Part shown: positions 35,265-45,900 of the stretch, one piece after another
Numbering within the stretch: position 1 is the first letter of the stretch
Layout: each line of letters starts with the position of its first letter
Origin: Thecamonas trahens ATCC 50062
Taxonomy: Eukaryota > Protista > Apusomonadida
NCBI RefSeq assembly: GCF_000142905.1
Contig: NW_013657677.1
Span: forward strand, 372,001 to 436,000
Length of the DNA stretch: 64,000 nucleotides
Direction of reading: 5' to 3'
Program-made: the position numbers and the translations under genes
Notes under the pieces: model-generated
The model's database searches: none
Told to the model about the DNA's origin: nothing
The model's input: only the letters and a program-made list of their open reading frames with translations

Positions 35265-35579
35265 GGATGGTGTTGTGGTTGTGGTGTGGTTGGGGTGGGG
35301 TGGGGTGGGGGTGGGGTGGGGTGGGGAGGGGGGGAGGGGGGGGGAGGGGGAGGGGGAGAAGGGGGAGGTGGAAGGAGGGTCACGGGCGCGGGCATCGGGG
35401 GCACTTGTCTGCATACGACTGTGGTGTGTGGAAATGGCCGACGGACCTGTGTTTCCTCCTGTGCTGACGGCTGAGCGTGGTATGTGGTAGGGGGGGGGAG
35501 GGGGAGGGGGAGGGGGAGGGGAGGGGAGGGGAGGGGAAGGGGGGGGCGTGCACGGTGGGAGGTGGGAGGGGTAGTGGCA

Positions 35580-35633
35580 GGCGGACAGGGCGGACAGGGC
35601 GGACAGGGCGGACAGGGCGGACAGGGCGGACAG
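35580..35633. repeat. 9-bp tandem repeat (GGCGGACAG)x6 in a divergent intergenic region
   Basis: Six perfect copies between the DUF3712 gene and KYNU starts. Confidence 0.95.
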
Positions 35634-35686
35634 GATGGCCAGGGTGGTGCTCACTCGCCTGCTTGCCGCTCGCTCACTCACCTACA

Positions 35687-37065
35687 ATGGCCATGGCGGT
35701 CTGTCGTCTCTCAGACTCGCTGGTTGATGAGCTGCTGCAGGTGGCGGCCGAGGTGGGGAGCAGCACGGTGTGCGACGCCAAGGTGGCGGCGGCGCTGGAC
35801 AAGGCCGACGGCCTGTCACGCTTTGCCGACGCCTTTGCCTTTCCCACGCTGCATCTCGAGGGCGAGAATGCGTGCGAGGACGGACGTCAGGCAGTGTATC
35901 TGTGCGGCAACTCGCTCGGTCTCATGCCGCACAAGGCGCGCGAGTACGTCAACGAGGAGCTCGAGGCATGGGCCAAGTCGGGCGTCCGCGGGCACCACGA
36001 GGGCAAGCGGGCGTGGCTGTGGATCAACGAGCGGGTCACCGACGGTGCGGCGCGGCTGGTCGGTGCTAAGCCGATCGAGGTCGAGGTCATGAACTCGCTG
36101 ACGATGAACCTCCACGTCATGATGGCACCATTCTACCGGCCGACCGCGACCCGGTACAAGATCATGTACGAGGCCAAGGCCTTCCCGTCCGACTCGTATG
36201 CGTTTGCTTCGCAGGTGCGCATGGCCGGCTTTGATCCGGCCGACGCGCTCATTGCTGTCGCGCCGCGCGACGGCGAGTACACGCTACGGACCGAGGACAT
36301 CGAGGCCGCCATCGCCGAGGCCGGCGACTCGCTCGCGCTCGTCTGCTTCTCGGGCATCCAGTACTACACCGGCCAGCTGTTTGACATGCCGGCCATCACC
36401 AGGGCCGGACACGCTGTCGGTGCCAAGGTCGGCTTTGACCTCGCGCACGCAGTCGGCAACGTCGAGCTGCGGCTGCACGACTGGGGCGTCGACTTTGCGG
36501 CGTGGTGCCACTACAAGTACTGCAACTCGGGCCCGGGCGCCATTGCCGGAGCGTTTATCCATGAAAAGTACGCGCACGACGCCGAGCTTCACCGCATGGC
36601 CGGCTGGTGGGGTCACAACAAGGCCGAGCGGTTCCTCATGGAGCCCGAGTTTGTGCCTGATCCAGGCGCCGCCGGCTTCCAGGTCTCCAACCCGCCGGTC
36701 CTGCAGACGGTTGCCGTTGAAGCATCACTTGAGATCTTTGACGAGGCAACGCTGCCGGCTCTCCGTGCCAAGGCTCTCCGGCTCACCATGTTCCTCGAGC
36801 TGGCGCTCGAGTCGGCGCTCGGCTCGGACCATGTTGTCTCCATCACGCCGGCGGACCGAACGCCCGCGGCTGCCAGCTCTCGCTCCAGTTCACCAAGCCG
36901 GTCGAGGCCGTCCATGCCGCACTCGAGGCCGCCGGCGTCTATTGCGACGTCCGTAAGCCCGACGTCATGCGCATCGCCCCGGTCCCGCTCTACAACTCGT
37001 TTAGCGACGTCTTGCGGTTTGTCGAGCTCCTGGCGGCGGCTGTCAAGTCGGAGGCGGATGTGTGA
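35687..37065 (+). CDS. KYNU: Kynureninase (one frameshift)
   Basis: Motifs YLCGNSLGL, MNSLTMNLH, AFPSD, QYYTGQ, FDLAHAVGN, WCHYKYCNSGPG and GWWG. Adding one C at 36856-36857 restores ADPNARGCQLS..RIAPVPLYNSF, ending at TGA 37063-37065. Confidence 0.95.
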
Positions 37066-37094
37066 GCGCGTTTACTAAACAGGTCCGGACTTGG

Positions 37095-37721
37095 TTACTC
37101 GTCGGCAGGCTCGACAACGCGGGCCTTGACCACGTAGTCGAGGTCCGGGAAGGTCGACTTGAGGTACTCCTCGCCAAACTGCATGATGGCGCCCTGGTCG
37201 GGAGCCTCGCCGTAGCCGTCGTACAGCTGGGAGACAACGTCCATGCCGGCGGCGTCGATGGTGGCAAACGGAGCAAAGCCCTGTGAGTCGAGGAACGAGT
37301 TGTCACCAAGGTTGATGAACAGCTGCGTCGAGCGCGAGTCCGGCGCCATCGACTTGGCGTAGGTGACCGTGCCCGGAGCGTTGGAGGCCTTGACCGGGTC
37401 ATCCTTGATGGTCTCGGCCATGCGGGCCTTGGTCACCGCCGGGTCTGACGAGAGGCCAAACTGGACGACAAAGCCCTTGGCCATGCGGAAGAAGGCCACG
37501 TTGTCAAAGTGACCGGCCTGCACCAGGTCGTAGAAGTGGTCCACTCCGATCGGCGCCAGATCGCGCTCCACCTTCATCGTCACGTTGCCCTTGGTCGTCT
37601 CAAACTCGACGTCAAACTGGGCCGGTGCCTCGGCAGCCGCAGCCGCAGCCGCGAACGTCCGCGGCAGCGTCAGCGTCGCCGTCCGCGACGCAAGCATGGT
37701 GGTCCGGAGCGTGGTGAACAT
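37095..37721 (-). CDS. Cyclophilin-type peptidyl-prolyl isomerase (bacterial PpiA-like) with predicted mitochondrial presequence
   Basis: Motifs ETTKG, APIGVDHF, FFRMAKGFVVQFG, RSTQLFINL, LDSQGFAPF and YLKSTFPDLD. Confidence 0.88.
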   Translation of the reverse strand: MFTTLRTTMLASRTATLTLPRTFAAAAAAAEAPAQFDVEFETTKGNVTMKVERDLAPIGVDHFYDLVQAGHFDNVAFFRMAKGFVVQFGLSSDPAVTKARMAETIKDDPVKASNAPGTVTYAKSMAPDSRSTQLFINLGDNSFLDSQGFAPFATIDAAGMDVVSQLYDGYGEAPDQGAIMQFGEEYLKSTFPDLDYVVKARVVEPADE

Positions 37722-37952
37722 TGTGGAGGGGGGAAAGAGAGAGAGAGTTGTGACTATGGCTGGACGGCCAGGGCGGTGGCCAGGGGGGGGGGGGGGGAGG
37801 GCCGAGTGTCGCGTTGGATCGGAATCGGAATCGCTAACCGGCGACGGCTGTCGGCCAGCCGTGTCGGCGATCGTTCGGCACTCGGCACGCCCTCATCAAC
37901 GGTAGTGGGTGGGTGTGACTGGTACAGGGTGTGGTGTATTGAGAAGGCGTTT

Positions 37953-40271
37953 CTAGGGGTGCTTGGCATCAAAGCCGGCAAAGTATGGGTGGGCAAGCGC
38001 GGCGGGGGCGGTAATGCGCTTGGCAGGCGATAGCTCGAGCATCGCCATGAGGAGCTGGTGCTCTGGGCCCCAAGAGTCGATCTCGGTGAGAATGCGGGTG
38101 AGGTCCTTGTAGTACAGGGTGGAGCGGCCCTCGATGAGGCCGCGGAAGAGGATGTTGCCAAAGGTCATGCCGACGCACCAGATGTCGACCGCCGGCCCGT
38201 AACGCCGCCGGCCGTGGGTCTTGTGCGACTTGTCGATCTCGGGCGCAAAGAAGCCGTCGGTTCCGACCCGCGACCGCGGCAGCCGGCTCGCTGAGAACCG
38301 GGTTGCGCAGTCAAAGTCGATGAGCACCACGCGCCGTGCCTGCGGATCGTACATCACATTGGCCGGCTTGATGTCGCGGTTCATGATGCTCCGCGAGTGA
38401 CAGTGCGCCACTGCAGAAAGCAGGTCGTGGAGGTAGCCTTGGACCGCGCTCGGGTCGCGCACATCGACAGGCCCGTCGGCAATGTACTCGGTCACAATCG
38501 CCATGCACCGCTGCTGCGGCAGCGGCACGTGCTCTATCAGCCGCTGCACGTTGCGGTGGCCCTGGACCTGCTGCAGGCACACTACTTCCTTGACTTGTGC
38601 GCCCGGCTCGACCTCGTCAAGAATCTTGACCGCTACCTCGGCGCCCGTCGCCCGATGCCGAGCCCGGAACACAGCGTTGTCCTCGTTGGCTGCCAGCCGC
38701 TCGCCAAACTCGTACCTCGACTCGAGCAGCGACACGCAGTCTTGCATCAGGTACCGGAAAGCTGGGCTCACAAACGTCTCGTCGCCGTCCGAGTACTCCG
38801 AGTCCGAGTCCGAGTCCGAGTCCGAGTCGGAAAACGCGCGGCGCTCGCGCAGCCGCCGCCGGAGCTCGGCGTGCGGATCCGGGGACAAGAGCGCAGGCTC
38901 AAGTGCATGCGAGATGAGCACTGCTGTCGATGGATCGACGGCAGCGTCGGCTTGAGGCGACGACGGCCGGGTCTCCGTATTCTCATCATGCACACCCTCG
39001 CAAGCATCTCCGCACTCCATCTCACCCGGTTCGGGCCCGGCCACCATCGACAGTGCCGCCGCAGCAGCCGGCGCTGCCGCCGCCGTCAGCTGGCGAATCG
39101 CCACATTTTTGGACACAAGCATAGCCTCGAGCTCAGAGACCCGGGCGCGGAGCTTGGTCACCACGTCCGGCGCGGCGGTGTCCGACGACTTCGTTGCACT
39201 GTGAGCGGCCGCCAGCTCGACATCGCGCTCGGCAAGTTGCGTCTGCAGCATCTCGATCATGGCATTTGTAGCCACGCTACGCCGCTCCGACGCCTCGAGC
39301 TGCCGCTTGAGCGCCTTGACGTTTGACTGCAGAATAGCAATGTGCGCCTGGGCCTGGCCGGCCTCCTCCTGGTACTCAGAAAGCTGTGCCTCGCGGGCCT
39401 CGAGCAGAGCGCCGGCCTCAACTGCAGCCATCTGCTTGCTTCCGCTCTGACCATCAGCCTCGAGCAGCACAGCCTCCTGCCGGGCCAGACGCATGGCCAC
39501 CCGGCGCGACGCAGCCTCGGTGCGCGCCGCCGCCAGCCGCGACTGCGCGTCGGCAAGCGCCTCCACACGCGCCTCACCAGACGCGCTCGCCACAGCCTCC
39601 AAAGCCGCCGAAAACTCAACCTCGAGCTCCATCTGCAGGCGACCAAGATCCTTGATCTGGGCCACTGCCGTCGCGTACTTTGTGGCGAGCATGTCGTGCT
39701 CGGCCTCGGATTGGACCCTGGCCTGGAACTCGCCGACGATCGACTGCGAGAGCGCATCGACGTCGGCGTTCTCGCCCGAGAGCGCCTGTTGCTGCTCGGC
39801 ATGAGCGTGGAGCTTGTACAGCGCGCTCTTGAGCGCCATGTTGTCGGCCTCGAGCTGGGCAATCCTCGCCGCTTGGGCCTTCATCTTGGCTAGCGGCTCG
39901 CGGCTGTCACTCACTCGAGCGCCACCGCGCGTCCTAGCCCGCGCCTGCGGCCCGGCAGCGAGACTCTCCTTACTTGCCCGCGCCCCGTGCGCAGGACTGG
40001 CTTTGTGGTTCTGTGCTCCAAGCGGGGTGCGAGGGAAGCCGCTGTGGCCCGCGCGCCGCGAGTGCGGCGGTTGGCCACGTCGACCTGGCCCCGCGACCGG
40101 AGATGGCGGCGCAAGGGCGTTCATTCCCGGCCTCGCCGGGCTAGCAGCATGATACCCCGCCATCATCTTGCTCTTACGCATCGGCGTCTGTGGGCGGCTT
40201 CTCTTGCCTGCGCCTGCACGAGGACTCGCATACCGAGCATGCTCGGGATGGCGGTGGACCGGGCGGAACAT
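37953..40271 (-). CDS. Coiled-coil protein with C-terminal Ser/Thr kinase domain (atypical motifs)
   Basis: Motifs VAVK, NRDIKPAN, LIDFD, GTDGFFAPE, DIWCVG and KRITAPAALAHPYF; long heptad-rich N-terminal half. Confidence 0.85.
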   Translation of the reverse strand: MFRPVHRHPEHARYASPRAGAGKRSRPQTPMRKSKMMAGYHAASPARPGMNALAPPSPVAGPGRRGQPPHSRRAGHSGFPRTPLGAQNHKASPAHGARASKESLAAGPQARARTRGGARVSDSREPLAKMKAQAARIAQLEADNMALKSALYKLHAHAEQQQALSGENADVDALSQSIVGEFQARVQSEAEHDMLATKYATAVAQIKDLGRLQMELEVEFSAALEAVASASGEARVEALADAQSRLAAARTEAASRRVAMRLARQEAVLLEADGQSGSKQMAAVEAGALLEAREAQLSEYQEEAGQAQAHIAILQSNVKALKRQLEASERRSVATNAMIEMLQTQLAERDVELAAAHSATKSSDTAAPDVVTKLRARVSELEAMLVSKNVAIRQLTAAAAPAAAAALSMVAGPEPGEMECGDACEGVHDENTETRPSSPQADAAVDPSTAVLISHALEPALLSPDPHAELRRRLRERRAFSDSDSDSDSDSEYSDGDETFVSPAFRYLMQDCVSLLESRYEFGERLAANEDNAVFRARHRATGAEVAVKILDEVEPGAQVKEVVCLQQVQGHRNVQRLIEHVPLPQQRCMAIVTEYIADGPVDVRDPSAVQGYLHDLLSAVAHCHSRSIMNRDIKPANVMYDPQARRVVLIDFDCATRFSASRLPRSRVGTDGFFAPEIDKSHKTHGRRRYGPAVDIWCVGMTFGNILFRGLIEGRSTLYYKDLTRILTEIDSWGPEHQLLMAMLELSPAKRITAPAALAHPYFAGFDAKHP

Positions 40272-40480
40272 AAACACCGTTCAAAAATTTGACAGCGCCC
40301 GCACGACAACGACAAGTGGCCAACGGCAGCGTGTGGCGGCAGGCAGCGAGGGAGAGTGTGCGGCGGCGGCCACTCGCTGCCTGCCGCCACTCGCTGCCCG
40401 CCAAACGCATCAGGAGGACCAGCAACCACAGCCAAGTCCTTGGCCGCGGCCCTGACACACCTCACCCCCACATCCCCCCC

Positions 40481-40512
<32 letters not shown>

Positions 40513-40520
40513 ACACACAT

Positions 40521-41234
40521 ATGGACGACCTGGACGACCTGCTCGACGAGGTCGACGAGCTCATGGCCGGGGGCCCGCCACCGACGTCGTCGCGGACGTC
40601 GTCGTCGACGGCGGGAGCAAGGGCAGGCGCAACGGCAGGCGTGACCGCGGCGCCCAGGTCGCGAGTTCGGGCACGTGCTTCGCGGTCACGCCCTAGTCGG
40701 ACGCAGGCTCGGGCGGATCGTGCCACGGCATCACGCAGGGGAAAAGTCGAGGATGGCGACGACGACGATGATGATGACGATCTCGACGACCTGCTCGCTC
40801 TCGATGTGCCGAGCAGGCAGCGCAGGAGTGGCGGCGAGAGGGTAGTGTCGACAGCAGTGTCGACAGCAGTGTCGAGCGGAGGCGGAGGAGGTGGTGGCAA
40901 GCGCAAGTGCAGACCGGTGTTTCTGGCGGACGCGTCGCTTGCCGGCCGGGGGCGGACGGCATCGGCGGCCATGCCGCGGGCGTGCGACCGGCTGCGGTGC
41001 TCGCGGTGCTGCTTTGCGGTCAAGGCGTGGCCGGACTCGGCGTGGGATGCCGGCGTCGACTATCTCTTTCTCCGGTACAACTTTCCCGACACCGAGCGCA
41101 TTGCGCCAATGCTCGTACCGACCAGCGCCGGCTCGACCGCGCTCGCCTGTCAGTGCGCGTGGCGGACGGTGACCACGCCAACCCGCTTGCAGAGCGGAGA
41201 AGACCTCGCGTGGTTCTGCGCAGGCCACGCGTAA
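40521..41234 (+). CDS. CFAP418: Cilia- and flagella-associated protein 418 (C8orf37) homolog
   Basis: Motifs MDDLDDLLDEV, KCRPVFL, CDRLRCSRCCF, DYLFLRYNFPD, ACQCAW and WFCAGH. Confidence 0.88.
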   Translation: MDDLDDLLDEVDELMAGGPPPTSSRTSSSTAGARAGATAGVTAAPRSRVRARASRSRPSRTQARADRATASRRGKVEDGDDDDDDDDLDDLLALDVPSRQRRSGGERVVSTAVSTAVSSGGGGGGGKRKCRPVFLADASLAGRGRTASAAMPRACDRLRCSRCCFAVKAWPDSAWDAGVDYLFLRYNFPDTERIAPMLVPTSAGSTALACQCAWRTVTTPTRLQSGEDLAWFCAGHA

Positions 41235-41260
41235 TTCCAGCTTTACCGCGCGCTTACAAC

Positions 41261-42844
41261 CTACATCACCCGGCGGAGCCGGTCCATGCACTCGGCCTTG
41301 CCGAGCAGCGCAAACAGACTTGCCAGCGGCGGCCCGCCTCGGGCGCCGGTCACACCCACTCGCAGCGGAAACAGGACCTGCCGCGGCTTGAGCTTGTGCG
41401 CGTTCCGGTAGCCAGTGAGCACGCCGTTGATGGCATCGGCATCCCACTCGGACAGCGCGTCGAGCTCGGTGATGAGGGCATCCAGCTGCGGCAGCGCGTG
41501 CAGCTCGGCCGAGGCCGCGGCGCACGCGGTGTGCGGCGGGGGCGCAAACATGTAGCTGGCGGTAGCAACGAGCTCGTTGCCTAGCGAGAGCGACGGCGCA
41601 AACTCGGCCCACACCTTGTCGACATAGTCGACCGATGCAGGGGTGCCGGCAGCCGACAGCGCAGCCGCTGTCTCGGCAACGAGGCCAGCCCGGGAGGCTG
41701 CGGCCTGCTCGGGTGCCATGGGCGGGTTCGGCTTAAACAGCGACGCGAGGTGCGTCCCATTCACCGCGAGCGCCTTGTCGTAGTCGACGATGGCCCCGCC
41801 CTTGTTGATGTCGTCAAGGCTAAAGACGTCGACGAGATCATCAAGCGACATGGCCTGGGCGTCGACGCCGGCTAGCGCCGCATCGTTGGGCGACCAGCCG
41901 AGAAAGGCCACAAAGTTGAGGAGCGCCGACGGTAGGAAGCCCTGCTGGCGGTAGTGGTCGACCGACGAGGAGGCGTCGCGCTTGGAGAGCTTGCGCTTGG
42001 CGGTGTCGAGCAGGAGCGGGAGGTGGACAAAGGTCGGCGGTCTCAGCCCGAGTGCCTCGTACATCATCACGTGCTTGGGCGTCGAGATGAGCCACTCCTG
42101 CCCGCGGATGACATGGGTCATGTGCATGGCTGCGTCGTCGACAACGTTGGCCAGATGGTACGTCGGCAGGCCGTCCGATTTGACAAGGACTTGGTCGTCG
42201 ATCTGGGCGTTGGCGACGCGGACAGTGCCAAAGACTGCGTCGTGAAAAACTGACGAGCCCTGCGGGACCTTGAGCCGCACAACATGCGCCTCGCCGCCGG
42301 CCGCACGCGCACGCGCCTCCTCGGGAGCAAGCCCCATGCACCGACGCGAATAGATCTGCAGCCGCCCGGCCCGCCGCGCAGCCTCCCGCTCGGCATCGAG
42401 CTCGGCCGGCGTGCAAAAGCAGCGGTACGCCGCACCAGCGTCCATCAGTGCTTCGGCCGCCTGCGCATACTCGGCTGTTCGCGCCGACTGCACCAACCGC
42501 GCATCGTCGGCGGCAGGCTCGGCCACCGGCGCGTCATCGGGCGTGAGCCCGGCCCAGGCCAGCGCGTCCAGCAGCGCGGCGCGTGCACCCGGCACCGTCC
42601 GGCTCGCATCGGTGTCCTCAATGCGGACCACAAACTCGCCGCCCGTCGCCCGCGCAAACAGATAGTTGAACAGTGCTGTCCGCAAGCCGCCCAAGTGCAG
42701 GGCGCCCGTCGGCGACGGCGCAAACCGCACCCGCGTCGTCGCCGGCGCCGCGTCGAGTGCCACCCTGCCTACCGCGCTGCTGCTGCTCAGTACCCGCGCC
42801 ATCCCGCATGCCACTCGTGCGCTCCGTGCGCCTGCCCTGAGCAT
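41261..42844 (-). CDS. EARS2: Mitochondrial glutamyl-tRNA synthetase
   Basis: Motifs RVRFAPSPTGALHLGG, RIEDTD, PTYHLANVVDD, HVIRGQEW and KLSKR; presequence. Confidence 0.93.
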   Translation of the reverse strand: MLRAGARSARVACGMARVLSSSSAVGRVALDAAPATTRVRFAPSPTGALHLGGLRTALFNYLFARATGGEFVVRIEDTDASRTVPGARAALLDALAWAGLTPDDAPVAEPAADDARLVQSARTAEYAQAAEALMDAGAAYRCFCTPAELDAEREAARRAGRLQIYSRRCMGLAPEEARARAAGGEAHVVRLKVPQGSSVFHDAVFGTVRVANAQIDDQVLVKSDGLPTYHLANVVDDAAMHMTHVIRGQEWLISTPKHVMMYEALGLRPPTFVHLPLLLDTAKRKLSKRDASSSVDHYRQQGFLPSALLNFVAFLGWSPNDAALAGVDAQAMSLDDLVDVFSLDDINKGGAIVDYDKALAVNGTHLASLFKPNPPMAPEQAAASRAGLVAETAAALSAAGTPASVDYVDKVWAEFAPSLSLGNELVATASYMFAPPPHTACAAASAELHALPQLDALITELDALSEWDADAINGVLTGYRNAHKLKPRQVLFPLRVGVTGARGGPPLASLFALLGKAECMDRLRRVM

Positions 42845-42957
42845 GGTGGCGCGAGGGGGTGAGGTGGAAGGGTGGTACGCCGGGTGAGTGCGCTGCTGGT
42901 CGACGGATGAGTGCCCAGTCGAATTCCCTGATTTACGGCCGGACTCTGCTGTGGCGG

Positions 42958-45900
42958 CTACGCCACGCCGAGCCAGGAGAGATAGCGGGCCACGAGCTGG
43001 TCATCGATCTGTGGCCAGGTGGGATGGTCGATGCCGGCGGCGGCGAGCCAAGCAAGGAACGCATCCGTGTGCGAGGTGTCCAGTGCACGGTAGCCCATTG
43101 AAAAGTCGACGGCAAAGAAGGGCCGGAGCGGGAACAGCGCTGGGCCGTCGTCGGCAAGGAGCCGGGCACGCCACTCTGGATACGGCAGTGCAACAAGCGT
43201 GCGCGGCGGGTCATGGGCAGCGCAGAAAGTCGCGATGGCCCGCCCCAGCGCAGCATAGCTTCGCGATCGCGCCACGTTGGTGAGGTGGAAGACGACAGAG
43301 CCAAAGCCGGCGCGCAACCCGTGCTCGCCCAGCAAGACAATGACTTGAGCTACAAAGTCGACCGGCGTCATGTCGAGTACCGCGTCAGAGTCAAAGTACG
43401 CGCCGAGCGCGGGCACGCCCACCATCAGCCGCGAGACAAAGTCTGTTGGGTTGCACACGCCGGTCTCCGAGCATCCGGTCACCATGCCCGGACGAACGAT
43501 GACGCCGCGGATAGCGCCACTCGCCAGCGCGCGCGCCACAAGCTGCTCTGCCACCCACTTGGAGAGGGCGTAGCCCGACGAGCTTAGCATGTTCTCAAAC
43601 GGCTGCAGGTCGTTCTCGGTCCAGCCGGCGGTCCCAACCGTAGAGAGGGCGACCAGTGTCGGATCGCGGGATCCGGCGGCTGCTAACCGCAGCACCTCGG
43701 CCGTGCCGAGCACGTTGGCGCTCCGCAGTGCTGCGTAGGGATCGAGCCAGTTGACTATCGCACCCGAGTGAACAATGACCTCAACCAGCTCGACGAGCCC
43801 AGCCCAGGACGAGACGTCGAGCCCCAGTTGCGGCTCCGCCAGGTCTCCCGCCAGCACGCTCAACCGCGTCAGGGCATGCTCGTCGACACCGGCTGTGGTG
43901 AGAACTGATGTCAGCCGCGCGCGGGCGGCAGCGTGAGACTCGCCACGGACAAGCGCAATTACGTCCACGTCCGGAAGTGCCAGCACGGCACGGATGACGT
44001 GCGAGCCGATGAGTCCGGTTCCTCCGGTCACAAACCAGGTCTTGTGGTCATTGCTCAGCACGTTGCCCTTGCGCTCGCACCTCTGCAGGTTGAGATCCAT
44101 GCCCAGATCGGCTGCGACCACGCTGGCGAGGTCTGGCGCTGCGGCGCTCGAGCCAGGGCTTTCCAGCAGAGCGGCAAGCACGTCGTCACCGCGGGCAGCC
44201 GCCTCAAGCAAAGCACTTGGAGCCACCACTGAGCCCGTCTGGGCTTGGAGAAGCGATGAGAGCTTGACCGCCGACATCGAGTCGAGGCCCTGGCCCGGTT
44301 GGGTGGCAGCGGCGAGCAGGTTGTGGCCATGGCCCGCCCGCTGTGGTCCGGCCGCGTAGAGCGCCTCAATATCGTCGATGTAGCGGGTGGTGAGCTGCTT
44401 CCGGGCCAGCTTGTTCGAGTAGGTCATGAGCCCGTTGTCGGGAGTAAACGGCTCAGACGCCAGGTGAACAGCAGCGGGGATCTCGTATTGCGGCATGTGG
44501 GCAGCAGCGCCAACGCGAGACAGCTCGGCAAGCATCTTGGCCGCGAGCTCGGGGTCTGCGGTGTCGACTTGAGCATGGGCAGTGTTGGGCACGATGACAG
44601 CAACGAGGAAGGTCCGCTGGGGATCTCCGTAGACAAAGAGCTGATCGATGAGCGGCGAAGCGAGGAGGGTGTTCTCGATGCCTTCTGGGGCGCAGAACTC
44701 GGCGTTGGCGAGCTTGAACACGTTCTTGGCGCGGTCGATGATGCGGACCTGGCCGTCGGCCTCCATGACGCCGACATCGCCTGTGCGAAAGTAGCCATCG
44801 GAAGTAAAGGCTGAGCGAGTGGCACGCTCGTTGTTGTAGTACGAGGTGATCATGTGTGGGGTCTTAACGCAGATCTCACCGCGCGGGTGCGGCTTGTCGG
44901 CGGTGGTGTAGCCGAGGTGCGGCAAGTCGAGGAGCCTGACGTCGACGTTGTTGGAGATGACATTGTCGACGGCAATGCCGCCGACTTCGGTCGTGCCAAA
45001 GCCGTCGTAGAGCGGACAGGCGAACGCCCGGCGGAGAAAGCGCTTGACCTCGGCCGAGGTCGGTGCCGAGCCGGTGACAATGTACTGGGTCCGGCCGCCG
45101 AGCACGGACGAGAACGACGAGACGACGGCATTGTCGACCTCGATGGGATTGGTCGACGGCGGTGCAGCGGCGAGCGCGGCATCGAGTGCGGCCTGGTACT
45201 TGGAGTACAGCAGGTTGTAGAACCGGGGGACCGAGGCGAACATGGTGGGCCGGAGCAGGGCCAGCTCGTCAAAGATGCGGTCCATGTCGCCTGTGTAAAA
45301 GCCGAAGCGCCCGCCGCACGCCATGGTGATGTACAGGGTCTGCCGCTCGGCGACGTGCGCAAACGGCGCAAAAGAGATGCGGATGATGGGGAACGGCATG
45401 AGGTACGGCGCGGTGATGAACTTGTTCCACCGGTCGCAGGTCATGACTGCGCCCTTGGGAGGGCCGGTCGAGCCGCTGGTGTAAATGATGGTGTGGATGG
45501 CCGACGGCGGGATAGAGTCCGAGTGCGGTACAAAGGCGGCTGCGCCAGCAGCGACAAGCTGCGGGTAGCCGAGCAGCTCCAGGTTGATGGCGGCGGCGGC
45601 GGCGCGCGCATCATCGCTGAGCGTCTCGATGCCCTCCATGCAAACAAGGGTGCGGAGGGCGAGCGGCTCGGTGGCTGTCGCCAGTGCCGCCAGCAGCTTG
45701 TCGGCAGCCTCGGCGGCGACGATGACAACCGTGATGCCCGAGTGGGCTGCGATGTACGCCATGGCCTCGGCGGAGAGGGTGACGTGCAATGGGACCGAGA
45801 CCATACTGTAGAGGACGCACGCCAGGTCAGCAACAACCCACTCTGCCCGGTTGATGGAGCAGAGGCCGATGAAGGGCTGGTTGCCTGCGGCGGATGCGGC

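Noticed and set aside
953-36857. C-insertion RNA editing as the cause of the frameshifts
   Set aside because: Equivalent one-base losses occur in G, A and T runs (31887, 54062, 26470), which favours homopolymer sequencing error. It is kept only as a testable alternative.
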